Shown: positions 27,831 through 40,715, counted from the stretch's first letter. The stretch: 64,000 nucleotides of DNA from Carcharhinus amblyrhynchos (GCA_965287045.1 OZ336872.1:119102001-119166000), one strand, 5' to 3'. The notes: a model not told the origin generated them from the sequence alone. Numbers and translations: made by a program.

Positions 27831-28237
27831 CTAGGGAGTAGGACCAAAATACAAGAATAAATTACAATCCACAAACTGAGTTTCTTTCAGCTGCCATAAT
27901 TGTTTACAAATGACAAATGATATTGTTTGCATGTCCGCTGATGACATTTTTTTTGCCCCCCAAAAGCTTCAACATCAGAGTTAATAGGGAGGCCTCGAAT
28001 CATTTCTTTGCAATGCTTTTTTGATGTTAGATTGATGACACCAGGTTTTGTATTCCTTTTCCCAGCATAAAACTAGAATAAGTAATGTCCAGGATAGCTG
28101 GATTCTGAAACATCATCGCTTCTATTTTGTTATCGCCTTCTGATCCTGTCTTCTTTAAATGGGGGTTTATTTCAGTTCCAGTTTTTGCTCGGGGTTCTCT
28201 CCAACTTACATTCTTTGCTAACACTCCTTTACGATGT

Positions 28238-28410
28238 TTTACCATATTAAAGGCATGATATTAAGAGGCATCTGGATGGGTACATGAATAGGAAGGCCTG
28301 AAGGGATACGTACCCAGCAAGGGCTGAAGGTTTTTTTTAGTTTATTTAGGGTATCTCGATCGGCACAGGCTTGGACGGCCGAAGGGCCTGTTCCTGTGCT
28401 GTACTTTTCT
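28238..28410 (+). mobile_element. CR1/HER1-like LINE 3' UTR fragment
   Basis: ggccgaagggcctgttcctgtgctgta terminal motif. Confidence 0.7.
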
Positions 28411-31400
28411 TTCTTCTTTATGTAAATAAAAGATTGTAGTAACACTGTCTAATGTTACTCCTTACTGCTGGTGCCCGAGTATCAATTAAACCAATCAAAA
28501 TAATTTTTAAAATAATGTGAATGAATTTATCATTTGAAACAAAATTGCAAAGTAATACTCTAAAAAGGCAGATTTAAGTGAACTTTCCCAAAAACTACCT
28601 TCTAAACCCCCTATGACATTTTTTTCTAAATACTGTCAGCCTATATTCAAGTTTCCTGTGTTTGATTACTTTTTGTAACATCTAATATCTATCGAGGTGC
28701 ATAAATAATTCAGCAATACAAGTAATCTATTAATTAGCTACATTTTGAATTTTAAATAAAATCCAATTGATAGCATAGCTCAAAAAATCTGACATTAAGA
28801 GTTATTCTTTTTAAAGATATTAAATCAAAATCATAAATCCATGTTTAGCTTAACTTGAAACAATTTTTGTTTTACACAAACATAATTCAATGACATAATT
28901 CAATAAACATTAAATATGTGGCATTAGCAATGAGGTACTGCAAAATGAGCAGGGAACTAACTTACATTTGATAATTGTAATGAAGAAGTGTAGCCTAAAA
29001 TCTTTCAAGTTGGGGTTGCATTTTTTTGTCAGAATGAATTTTTTAATGCCTCAAATAATGCAGCAAAAAGGTTTGACTTTGAATGAATTACTAAATGGTT
29101 TTGTCAAACTCGTGGAGCTCCTGTCCCATAATGTGCAAGTAGTTTGCAGTCAGAGATTGGAGGGCAGTCACCAAGCATAGGCTTATACTCATGACAGTCG
29201 ATCAGCGTTGTGCAAGCCACTCTCACAACTTAAACGCAGTAGGAACTAGAGTAAGAGGTGGCAAGCAAAATTGCTGCCAGCCAGGAAAGCTGCTTGTTAG
29301 CACAGCAAAAAAAAAATCCTAGGACCAGCTTTTGGGAATAAAGTAAAATTAGTGGGATATGGACAGCTCATCAAACGTGCTGCATCAAATTCACTTTTCT
29401 TTAGTGCATCGAAAAAGTAATGGTCATGGTCTGGGTGGTGGCTAGCGGACTGAGGGGGGCAGTAATTCTGCCGAAAATGAAATCCCCAAACAAATCTCTA
29501 CCGCTATCCAGCCTAACTTTATCATCACTGGGTAAGAATCCTGGTAAAGGAAGAGCTGGCCATATGTTTATCAGCTGCTAATAAGGTTGCTTACAAGCAA
29601 ATATGATATTAAAAATATTAATCCTTGAAAGAATATATGATTATTTGCCACTGATTTCCTGAAAGTACCACTAACAACTGGTGTTGTCGCAGGATTCCTA
29701 TCAGCTGACGGAAGGTAAACAGAAGCCTTTTTATCATTATGAATTGCTGTTTTCAACAAGTGGTACATTTCGGTAATTGCACAAAGCCAGATTTCAGTAA
29801 TGAAAATAAAGAAGCTGGTGTAAAGTTTTTGGATTTTGACAGCATTTTAAAACCTTTACAGGAAAATACAAAGTGTAACAAGCAAACTGTTGGGAATGTA
29901 TGTAGCAGAATTGGTCGGCTATCTGGACATTTAGTGAGGGTGGAAATTATCAGCCTAGATCAAACTGTGACATAGCATTTGTCTATTTGGCTTATGGCAG
30001 CTTTAAACCCTGCATCAGTTTAAATAAAGTAAGAATCTATAACTCTTAAATTCACACTCGAATCATCTGTTATCATTCTCATTTATAATGATTTCATCCA
30101 TGTTAAATTTAAAAAAACACAATACTTTGCCTATGGACCCTTAGCCGCATAAACGTCAGTAAAACACGTTGCAAAAAAAAAATGAAAAGAGCTGTCACAC
30201 AACATATTTTAGTTACCAGGGTAACTCTATTACTTTGGCTTTGAATTATTGTACATAAATCAGGAAGAATTTCTATGCCTATTCTTTCAATTCACGAAGT
30301 GACTGAAGAATTGCAAAGCTGCAATCCAGTGGTTATTTTGCAATCAATAGTCTGGAGCACTTCATTTATCACCACTCCATTTATTTATAGCTGAGAGGGG
30401 GAATTAACATGAAATCCAACCAGTTTAAAATTCCACCACAGTTCCGGCAATTTTTGCCAGTTGGTGATTAATCTGTTTTGGACGACAGAGCAGTGGGAAA
30501 TTCAGTTTGGGATTCTCATGAATATTTCAAAGAGTAGGATGGGAATGTTCTTAACTGTTTCAGTCTAAAGAATTCCATTCCCATGTTCCAAGGTGGGATT
30601 GGTGGGCGATACAGGGTAGGGTGGGAGAGTGGTGGTATGGGTTTGGGGCCATGGCAGAGTGCATGCTGAATGGCCATGTGAATGTGCCCAATTGCAGTTA
30701 GCAGGACTGAGTTACATGCGGAGTGCACATATTAAAGATGTGTTAATTCTTGGCAGTGGCCAGGCAGAATAGGATACTGAATTTTGACATCCAATTAAAG
30801 GCTAATCGAATGAAAGCAAAAAGTTTGATTTTCAATCACTCCATGGAATAAGAGGCATATCCATAGGTGAGATCAAACACACAATTTGAATCGACAGTGC
30901 TCCATATTCTGCTTTACAATGGATTCTAGGATGGGAACTGTTGTTCTGATTGTCACAATCTCAGCCTCGTGAACTTTAGTTCTTGTCAAAATCTTCGCTC
31001 ATTCCAGTTTGTACTGGACCCAAAAGCGTTACAAGCACTCTCAGCTCTACTCCATATTTCTCCTCAAAGACATTTGCAAAGAGTTAAGTAAGTCGAACTT
31101 ACGTTGCCATTTAATACTATGTGTTCACTTGCTGCCAGTGAGATAAAGCAGTTTAATTATCTATACCTGGCTTTGTTTTAGCAAATGTTTCTTATTGCAT
31201 TTTTGAAAAAAAAATTAGAGAAACACAAGATTTCATATTCCGGTCTGATAACAAATGGATTCTGTTTACACTACTGGATTGCACAATTGTATAATGAGAT
31301 ATCAGGACGTAGGACTAAGACACTCAGGCCTGGATTTTCATGCTGTCAGAGACACTATGGAGTTTCCAAAATGGTAGGCGGGACCTGGATGTGGTAGTCG

Positions 31401-32970
31401 CACCCCATTTCTGACAGATCCCACTTTTTGCCAGCAGGGAAAAGGGGGCATGAATCACACACAAGGGAAACCCAAAACTCATTAGGGCCAATTGGACTCA
31501 AGTGCTGAGTTCAACCAATCCAAATTTTTGCTGCTGCAAGGAACTTAATGCACACACAGAGAAAGTCATGAAATTGCATGATTCCGTGTTATAGTTTCTA
31601 GGATTCTAAATTGGGACTATGGATTTTGGTAACCAGTGGCCTGAGTTAAACACTCGCTCCTCCCCCTTAAAGGCTGTGAAAGCAATCTTTCAAACACTAG
31701 CTTGTACAGACACTCCCCATTGCACTGAGGAAAGCACTACTACCAGTTAAATAGCTGTGAACAATGATTTCAAAACAACTGCATATGCATTGGCTTATGC
31801 ATTGCAGATGTTTGAAAGTGGAAGCAGTTGTCATAGAACTTGTCCTGGATCCAGCAGTTTCTATGCACTGATGCTGGAAATCAGTGAAGAGGCATTCAGA
31901 AAACTGTGCTGTAGTGCAACTACATAAGAAATGAATGATACGGCTTATTAGACACTGTCGCCTCACCGTTGCTTTGAATATTTCCCAAACGATTGGATGT
32001 GAAAAGCTTTATTACAAAGGTGAACTAAATGGCAGGGCCTTAATCAATCTTTTCATCACATTATTTGCTTCTCTCTCCAATTAGTGACTCTGAATAACTA
32101 TTTCTCATCTGTTTCTTATTCCTTTACTCAGAACACTCTGTGCTCTGATTTGGACGATTGGATTTGCTACGGCATATTTTGTTTCTCATTAAGGACTTTT
32201 GAGTAAGTGATATCACAGCAGGCTGTCCTCATGAAGCAGTTCACAACTGAGGAATGGGACCAAGATCATAGTGCTACAGTCTTACATAGGAACCAGGAGA
32301 GTTGTGAATTCTTATTTTGTCATTTCTCACCCTCAAACACTTCTTAAAATACATGCTGAGCCCTTTCTTTCATCGCTTATCTTCTCCTACTGTTGGAAGT
32401 CTAAAAATCAGCTTCTTTGGCTTGCCTTCATACTATCAGACTATCTAACAAGAGCAAGGACTGGTTCAGCTCATACAGCACTTACAGAATGCCTCGATTA
32501 GTGAACGTTGACCAAAATATGCCCATCAAAAGGAACTCGATTTATATTATGACACGGCCTTGGAATTGAACACAGGCTCATTGGACAGTACGTCAAATTC
32601 TTTTACTATTTCTGACGTTTCTATTAATATTAATTCTTTGAATGTAAGCATTGTTGGCAAGGCCAACATTCATTCCTATCCTTGGATGCCTTGCCCTGAC
32701 AAGATGGTGGGAAACTTCCCATTTGAAGTGTTGCAATCTTGCGTGACGAAAGTGTTGCTACGGTGCTGCTAGATGGGGAGTTCCAGGATTTTGACCCAGC
32801 AATGATGGAGGAACAATCATATATGGTCAAGTCGAGATAGTGCTCCCATTCACCTTGCAATGCTTTACTACATTAAAGGTGCTATATCAATGCAAGTTGT
32901 TGGTTTTTCTCAACAGTACATTAAAAAACACTCCATTTGTGGTTGAAGGAAATATTAGTACAGAGGACAT

Positions 32971-33298
32971 GGGACAGCATCGTGGAAGACTGGTTAGCAC
33001 TGCTGCTTCACAGCGTCAGGGACCTGGGTTCGATTCCCGTCTTGGGTCACCGTCTGTGTGTGGAGTTTTGCACATTTTCCCTGTGTCTGCGTGGGTTTCC
33101 TCTGGGTGCTCCAGTTTCCTCCCACAGTCCAAAGATGTGTGGGTTAGGTGAATTGGTCATGCTAAATTGCCACTCAATGTCAGGGCGACTAGCTAGGTAA
33201 ATGCAAATGCATGGAGTTATGGGGATAGGGCCTGGAAGGGATTGTGGTCGGTGTAAACTCGATGGGCCGAATGCATTGTAGGATTCTATGATTCTGTG
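32971..33298 (+). mobile_element. HE1/V-SINE-like SINE
   Basis: tggttagcactgctg...gggttcgattccc...ggattctatgattctgtga. Confidence 0.88.
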
Positions 33299-34509
33299 AC
33301 ATTGTTGTTAGAAGGGGATGACAGTGCTCTCAAAATAGCCCTTAGCATAGAGACCTACTGAAGATAGAGATCTCCAGGGCACAGGATACAATACCTCTGG
33401 AGTGGACAAGAATTGCTCAACCATGCTAGAGATATGGTGAAAGAAAAATCATGCAGAAAATATTTTAATTATAGCATTTAGCCAAGTGTTAATGAAAGCC
33501 AGCCATTGTAGCAAGATTGGAAGCAGGGGAGAAGAAAACAAGCCCCAAGTCCTTTCTAAGTTGACCATTTTGGTAATGGTATGTTTTGGGAGGTGATGGC
33601 TAGCAACCCATAAGCAAGTGCCTATTAAAGCAAATATAAGGCTTATTTTAGACCTCTTTTGAGGTCAACCAAAACTTTTGCTCCATTGAGGGGAATGCTA
33701 CTGGATCACTTTTAATACACTACTTTCCTCATCTCCACCTCAGCCCCCCCAAAAATGGCTGGTAGCTTTTGTTTCAAAATGTTTTTTTCAAAAAGTCTTT
33801 GAGAGGACTTCCATGTGAAGCAGTCCTGTCTTTGACTTCTCTACACTTGCAGTTTCTTCCTCTGATGGGTAGAGTGCTGAGGAGCCTCCTAATGGCCTTC
33901 CATCCTTAATTGAACAAGGATTTCAGAGGTGGAAATTAACTGGTTGCCTCCTCAAACATTGCCTTTTGGGTCCTCACGCCAGCATTTGAGAGTTTCCCAC
34001 CCAACAAATGAGAATTCCACTCCAATTCTTGGGAAAATAACATCCAAGGAGAATACAAAAATAAGACGATCAACTTTCGACTTGCCTTCCATAAAAATGA
34101 AATTCAAGTAGATTTTACAACTAGGGGCTGATCAACATCACTTTTAAGCCCGTCCGCTCAACCTTTCCTCATAAGTCAACCTCTTCATAATGAGGTTCCA
34201 ACTACACATTCTATTCCAGGGCCATGCACAAACATTTACAGTACCAAATGCTACACTGTTGGATGCCGTGTTTTGGATGAGACATTAAATCAAGGCCCCT
34301 TGTGTTTGCTTCAATGGGTGTAAAAGATTCCTGGTGCCCTGGCCAATACTTATTTTTCAATGATCAGAAAAAGAAATAATCTTGTACAATCAATCCACAC
34401 TGTTGTCTGTGTGCAAATTGGTTGCTCCAGTCCCTACATTAAAAAAATCTCATTGGCTATAAAGTGTTTTACAGTCATGAAAGTTGCTATATAAATGCAA
34501 ATCTTTCTT

Positions 34510-35110
34510 TCAGGAGCCAAATAGTGCATCTATTTTGCACTGCCTCCAATACAAGGATATCCATTCTGAACAAGGAGACTAAAACTGTATGCAGTTCTCT
34601 TGGTGAGGTCTCACTAAAGCCCTGTACAATTGTAGCAAAATTTGCTAACACCTCTGCCCCAATCCTTGAATGTATTCAAGAGGCAGCTAGATATAGCACT
34701 TGGGGTGAACAGGATCAAAGGTTTCAGGGAGCAAGCAGGATTAGGCTACTGAGTTAGACGAGCAGCCATGATCATGATGAATGGTGGAGCAGACTCCAAG
34801 AGCCAAATGGTGGAGCAGGCTCCAAGAGCCGAATGGCCTTCTCCTGCTCCTACCTTCTATGTTTCTATTTTTTACCCCTTTGCAACAAAGGCAAATATTT
34901 CACTTGCCTTCCTAGTTACTTGTTGTGCCTGCATGCTAACCTTCTGTGCTTCGTATACAAGGACATCCAGATTCCTCTGTATTCCAGCATTCTATAGTCC
35001 CTCTTAACTTAAATAATATTTTGCTTTTCCATTCTACTTACCAAAAAGTGAACAACCTCACATTTTCCCACACAATACTAAACGTGCCAAATTTTTGCCC
35101 ACTATCCCTT
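34510..35110. mobile_element. Mixed CR1-like LINE fragments in both orientations
   Basis: Plus-strand 3' end at about 34670-34867 (gccgaatggccttctcctgctcct) set within minus-strand CR1-like sequence. Confidence 0.6.
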
Positions 35111-35563
35111 TCCAGACTTGTTCTCATCTTTATGCTTTTCCACTGTCAGAAAGTTTGCAACAATATATTGTTCCCTTCATCCAAGTTGCATTGTAAATAA
35201 TAACTATTCACCAGGTTCAATGCTTCTACAAACGTATTTATACACCATGTGGCTGAGGTTTAAATGTTTTACCACAATAAACGGTGCACTTGGGTTTGTG
35301 CCCCTGTATATGAAATACAATACTATGCTATGCAACTGGATTATAATAGTCCTGGCATACAATAAATCGTGATACAGAATGCTATTATCTTTAATTCTCT
35401 GACATTTAATGTACAATAATACACTGAAACTTAACATTCCTAGGTACACACAAGTAAAAATACACTATATTATTGAAACATAATAATCCTAAAAGTTATA
35501 GTCTGGAATAACACTGCATTAACATTGATAAGATATGACCGATGAACAAGGAATTTTATTTAC

Positions 35564-35651
35564 CTGTGGATGGAATAAGAAACCAGGAGCAGGCTTCATG
35601 TACTTTTCCTTTAGTGCTTCAACTGGGTCAGAAAGTTTCCTTTTCTCCACT
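35564..35651 (-). CDS. MECOM: MECOM exon, 88 nt
   Basis: caaagtag|A GTG GAG...CCA CAG|gtaaat; (R)[29 protein letters not shown]. Confidence 0.95.
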
Positions 35652-35826
35652 CTACTTTGACAAAATTATTAACAAAATTGACAAAATTAATCTCAGCTGG
35701 TGAAAACAATTTGAAAAAAAGCTGCACAGAAGGAGTTTACCCTCCTGAACCAAAGCAATTAGCAAATGACAAGCCCAAACCCTGATGCAAGCGAATCTAT
35801 ATAATCACGACTTTTGGTTAGGTTGG

Positions 35827-36146
35827 GGGCGGCATGGTGACAGTGGTTAGCACTGCTGCTTTGCAGCACCAGGGTCGCGGGTTCAATTCCGGCCTTAGGT
35901 CACCGTCTGTGTGGAGTTTGCACGTTCTCCTCATGTCTGCATGGGTTTCCTCCGGGTGCTCCAGTTCCCTCTCACACTCCAAAGATGTGGGGACTAGGTT
36001 GACTGGTCGTGATAAATTGACCCTTAGCGTCTGAGGGTTAGCAGGTTAAATATGTGGGGATATGGGAATAGGGCTTGGTTGGGACTGTGATTGGTGCTGA
36101 CTAGATGGGCTGAATGGCCTCCTTCTGCACTTGTTGGGATTCTATT
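35827..36146 (+). mobile_element. HE1/V-SINE-like SINE
   Basis: gggcggcatggtgacagtggttagcactgctg...gaatggcctccttctgcac...gattctat. Confidence 0.88.
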
Positions 36147-36705
36147 TCATGCCTGTGACTCTATACAGTGATCTCAGCCAAACCATTGGATAGAGGTCCC
36201 TGGAACAAATAAGGAACCTAACACATAGGAGGAGGGAAGGAAAAGTTCATTGGAAATGTTACTTCATTGGGAATCTATTAGTTCATACGGAGTTGAATTG
36301 GTAGATGGAGGGGGACAGGTTCCTTGGCATTCTCTGGAGTGGCAGCTTATCAGTTAAATAAAACCATAAAAAAGTGAGGAAACACAGCACAATGTTTTAA
36401 AATAAGAAAGGAAGTATAAAAGGTAAAAATCGAACAAGTTTATTTGTCGTAAACCAATAAACCCAAAAGAAGTTGCTGGAGATAAGGAGAATGCAAAATG
36501 ATGGAATAGCTTAACTGAACTGGATTGTACAAAATATAACACTGTAGGGATTTAAACAGTGACAAAAACATGGAATTTAACTCATGAAACTATTTCCTCT
36601 CATTGAAAGATGCAGTTTGTAACTGAACTGGACAAAGTAGTTAGTTCTCCAAGGCAGGAGCAGGGTTTACTAGGAAAATCTAGCCAATGAAAAATTAAAT
36701 GTGTT

Positions 36706-36992
36706 TAAGTTTATTTATGAGTGTCACAATTAGGCTTACAGTAACACTGCAATGAAGTTACTGTGAAAATGCCCTAGTCGCCACATTCCAGCACCTATTC
36801 GGGTACACCGAGGGAGAATTTAGCACAGCTAATGCATCAAATCAGCACGGTTTTTCGGACTGTGGGAGGAGACCCACCCAGTCATGGAGAGAACGTGCAG
36901 ACTCTGAACAGAGAGTGACCCAAGCCGAGAATCAAACCTGGGTCCCTGGCATTGTGAGGCAGCAGTGCTAACCACTGTGCCACCATGCCACC
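36706..36992 (-). mobile_element. V-SINE-like SINE with alternative 3' tail
   Basis: Full copy ending ...gtgacactcataaataaac on the minus strand. Confidence 0.85.
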
Positions 36993-37077
36993 GAATGTGA
37001 TGCTTGCCAAGCACACAATGTCAAGTTGTGAGAGGTCGCAGAAATTTTGGAAATATGGTTTGAAAATTACAATGTTT

Positions 37078-38010
37078 TTATTCATCCATGGAACATGGGC
37101 GTCACTAGTTGGCCAGCATTTATTGCCCATTCCTTGTTGCCCTTAAGAAGGTGGTGGTGAGCCACAGCCTCGAATCGCTGCAGTCCATGGGCTGTGGTTT
37201 GACCGACAATGCTGTTAGAGTTAGGGTAAGGGTTAGGGAGGGAATTCCAGGATTTTGACCCCGTGACTGTGAAGGAATGGTGATATTTCCAAGTGAGTGG
37301 CTTGAGGGGTGGGTGTTTGCAGGTGGTGGTGTTTCCATGTATCTGCTGCCCTTGTCCTTTTAGATGGAAGTGGTCATGGTTATGCAAGGTGCTGTCTAAG
37401 AATGTTTGGTGAATTCTATAGTGCATCTTGTAGATAACACACACATCTGCTACTGAGTGTCAGTGGAGTTTGTAGATGTGGTGCCAATCCTTTGTCCTGG
37501 ATGGTGTCAAGCTTTTTGAATGCACCTATCCAGGCAAGTGGGAAGTGTTGCATCACACTGTTAACTTGTGGCTTTCGGATGACGGACAGGTTTTAAAAAG
37601 TCAGGTGGTGAGTTACTCGCCACAGTATTCCTAGCCTCTTGACCTGTTCTTGTAGCCACTGTGTTTATGTGGTGAGTCCAGTTGAGTTTCTGGTTAATAG
37701 TAACCCCAAGGATGTTGACAGTGGGAGATTCAGTAGTGGTAACACCATTGAATGTCATGGGTTGGTGGTTAGAGAGTGGTATTGCCTGGCAGTTGTTATT
37801 TACCACTTGTCAGCCCAAGCCTGGATATTGTCCAGACCATGTTGCATTGGGACATGGGCTGCTTCAGTAACTGAGGAGTCACGAATGGTGCTGTACATTG
37901 CACAATGATTGGCGAACATCCCCACTTCTAACCTTATGATGGAGGGAAGGTCATTGATGAGACAGCTGAAGATAGTTGGGTCTAGGACACTACCCCGAGG
38001 GACTCCTTGT
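37078..38010 (-). mobile_element. LINE 3' fragment, same family
   Basis: TFNGVTTTESPTVNILGVTINQKLNWTHHINTVA, a C-terminal RT-type motif; intact 3' end. Confidence 0.85.
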
Positions 38011-38100
38011 CACTTTGAGATGTGGCAAAACAATCCTCCTCAGTTTTGTATACGTACAACAATTTCTCATTGACAAACCAAAGGCAGCATATTGTCTTAC

Positions 38101-39460
38101 CTGTAAATAGGATCCATGAAGAAAGGGGTTGGTTTGGCATGCTGCAGGGAATGGTCAGAGCTTTTGGCTTGCTCAATACCAGAGTCCCTCCTGTCCCCAA
38201 ACACGTGGTTTTTCCGTGGTTCTACCTGGGTGCTTCCACTTGCTCGGCTTCTGCTGCTCATGCTCAAATCCAGCGGCTGCTCTTCACTGGGATAATGGGA
38301 GGTCAGTGGCTTTAAGGTCACAGCTGGCATGGGTTTCTCTTCTTTGCGCTTGGTGGTGAGGTCGAAAGGTGACTCGGGATTTCCACTCCTTAGCTTCTTC
38401 AGCTCACTTGGCGATTGTGGCTCGATTTTTAAAGGTACAGCGTTTAGGTCTCTATCTGGGAATGGATACATTGGTTGGGAAAACGCAGGGAAAAACTGAA
38501 AGGGAAACATGGAAGGGTACGGCAACGGTCCTATTTTTTTGTCTTGCATGCCAACAAGTCCAGTAGAACCAAAGTACTTCTCTGCGATTGAGGCGATGGC
38601 CTTAATTGAATCGTTAACAGCTCCAGTCACAGCAATCTGTTCATCCAGTGGAGGAGAAAAGAGGGAGTGGTTGGAAAAATCCTTCTTATTGTTGTTTACC
38701 GGGACTGCTTTCTGAGGGCTATTTACTTTGTCACCGGCACTTTTGCCATTTTCTTTATTTTTCTCTTTGTCGCTCTCGACGTCACTTTCCAGGTCGGATC
38801 CCGATGTCGTCTCCAGGTCGCTGCCACTGGGCGTGCTGACGTCATCGAGGTCGCTGCTTTCTGACTGGTCACTGGTTTTACCCTGCGGCTTCTCCTCGGA
38901 CGGTTTCTCAGGCGGAATCTCGACGGGCCGGATTTCATCCGAGGACGACTGTCGATTGACAGCTTTCAAAATATCTGGCGTGCTCGGCAGCAGCTGGGAC
39001 GGTGTCAACAATTGGCTTTGGTGTTTGGTGTTCTGTTCAGTGCTTGATAGTCCTTTAACTGGTGAGCTAGCGGGTATCAGTTGTGGTCTGTGGTACAGCC
39101 CTGAGGGAAACAGACCTGGAAAGTTAAACGGGAAGCCCGGGGCTGCTGGAAAGGTTAGTCCAGCCGGGTGCCTATTCGCACCAAAATAGTCAGCAAGACC
39201 AGGATTGCTATGATTCATGTTAACCAAACCGGACTTATCCAGAACTGGAGCGTTTGCAAGCGTAATGCCTTGACCAAATAATCCCCCCGTGGTGAAATGG
39301 TTCTTGCCCTCACAGAATCGTCTATGCTTGTTTAATGATGAGGTCGTGCTGAACATCTGACCGCAGTCCTTGCATTTGATTTGCGTTCTGCAGTCAGCAT
39401 GCATCCTTTTATGGCGACATAGATTAGAAAACTGTGTGTATGATTTGCGACAAACCTCAC
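38101..39460 (-). CDS. MECOM: MECOM large exon, 1360 nt: ZF6, ZF7 (C2HC), repression region with PFDLT (38355-38369) and PLDLS (38262-38276)
   Basis: atacacag|GT GAG GTT TGT...ATT TAC AG|gtaaga; [24 protein letters not shown]...PFFMDPIYR; contains the 435-aa ORF 38097..39404. Confidence 0.98.
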
Positions 39461-39587
39461 CTGTGTATGAAAAGTGAAAACATGTCAGCTGTGAAGCAAT
39501 GTATTATCACGCACCCGTACAGGCAGAGTAGTGACAATATCGACATGGCTTAGTTAGGGGAAAAGATTGGGTGGAAATCTGTGACGT

Positions 39588-39710
39588 GGGGTGGAATTTT
39601 ACTGCCCCTAGGTTGGGGGTGGGGTCAGGGGCCGTGAAATGCAGTGAGCCATTGGCGTAGGGCGGGATCAGAAAATGCCACCAGCAGGAGGGGCTGTAAA
39701 ATTCCACCCC
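39588..39710. mobile_element. MITE-like element with perfect 15-bp TIRs
   Basis: ggggtggaattttac ... gtaaaattccacccc. Confidence 0.75.
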
Positions 39711-39789
39711 CTAGGCAATTTCAATTTGCTAATTCAATTTAAAATATCTAATACTTTTCTATTTTAATCTTTTACAGATCTGGCATCAT

Positions 39790-39910
39790 CCTGCATCTTC
39801 TTTTCTTCTCCCCTATGTACTCCATAAACGGTATGTTTTGTCTGCACAGCACGCAAGAAACAATACTTTTCACTGTATCCCAATATATGTGACAATAATA
39901 AACCAAATCC
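39790..39910 (+). mobile_element. Rex/Babar-like LINE 3' UTR remnant
   Basis: gcaagaaacaatacttttcactgta...tgtgacaataataaaccaaatc. Confidence 0.7.
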
Positions 39911-40364
39911 ATATGTACTATCAAACCCTGCACTGTGTGTTTAACAAGCTGAAAAGGTAAAACAAGAACTAAATAAGGGAAAATTCATTGGAAAAATAAT
40001 AGTATAATTGCTCTGCAAGGAATCTCTTTTTTTATTTACTGAGGACATTTGCTTCTTGGAGGCCTCAGGTTTACTCTATTGTCCTCTTAGTGGACTCTTT
40101 GCCAGGAGGAGAATGAATGTGTTTGGTTCTTAACCCATCACCAAAATCAAGGGTTTGGGAGGGAAGTGTTTTCCTTTATTGCTTTTCTTTGTGAATTTTG
40201 AAAGTGTTTAGAAATGGAAAATGTAGCATTTTTCATTTCAGGTACTTGGTGTCAAGTGTAGCATGGATGCAAAGGGCTCTGTCCCAACATTAGACCATCC
40301 TTCAGCCTCTTGAGGGAGTTGACCAGTTTAATGCCAAATTGAGGCTAGTTTAATTCAATCAAAT

Positions 40365-40715
40365 TCAATGGTTTGATTGAAGTCATTACGACAATTACAT
40401 CTTATGATCAGTTTGGATTGCCAAGTTTATTTCAGAGAGATTGCTTCCAGCCAGCAGATCAACGATACTTTAATACTATTGATTTGAGTTGCATTAGAAT
40501 CCAGGTTCCTCAGGTAAAAGATACAATCCATTGCACCATCCAGTGCCTGACACACCGCGACCAAGTACAACATTTTAATTTGTTGCATGCATTTTTAAAG
40601 GACTTTCTCCTACCTGGCAGAACAGAAAGCCCCATTCCACCCAGGTAAATGTCTTAATTGTATCCAAACTGATCATAAGATGTAATTGTCGCAATGACTT
40701 CAATCAGACCATTGA
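40365..40715. repeat. 54-bp inverted repeat pair with 243-bp spacer
   Basis: 40365-40418 versus reverse complement of 40662-40715, two mismatches. Confidence 0.9.

Noticed and set aside
35527-35535. GATAAGATA as an EVI1 autoregulatory site
   Set aside because: Only a partial match to the long EVI1 consensus; expected by chance in AT-rich DNA.
35827-35900. tRNA genes
   Set aside because: A/B-box sequences here and elsewhere are SINE heads with no full cloverleaf.
38728-39189. 153-aa plus-strand ORF and other ORFs overlapping the large exon
   Set aside because: Antisense shadows of a GC-rich coding exon with no recognisable domain.
38101-39460. PRDM16 as the gene identity
   Set aside because: PRDM16 shares the fingers and CtBP motifs, but [17 protein letters not shown], the Rp9 microexon and [17 protein letters not shown] match MECOM.
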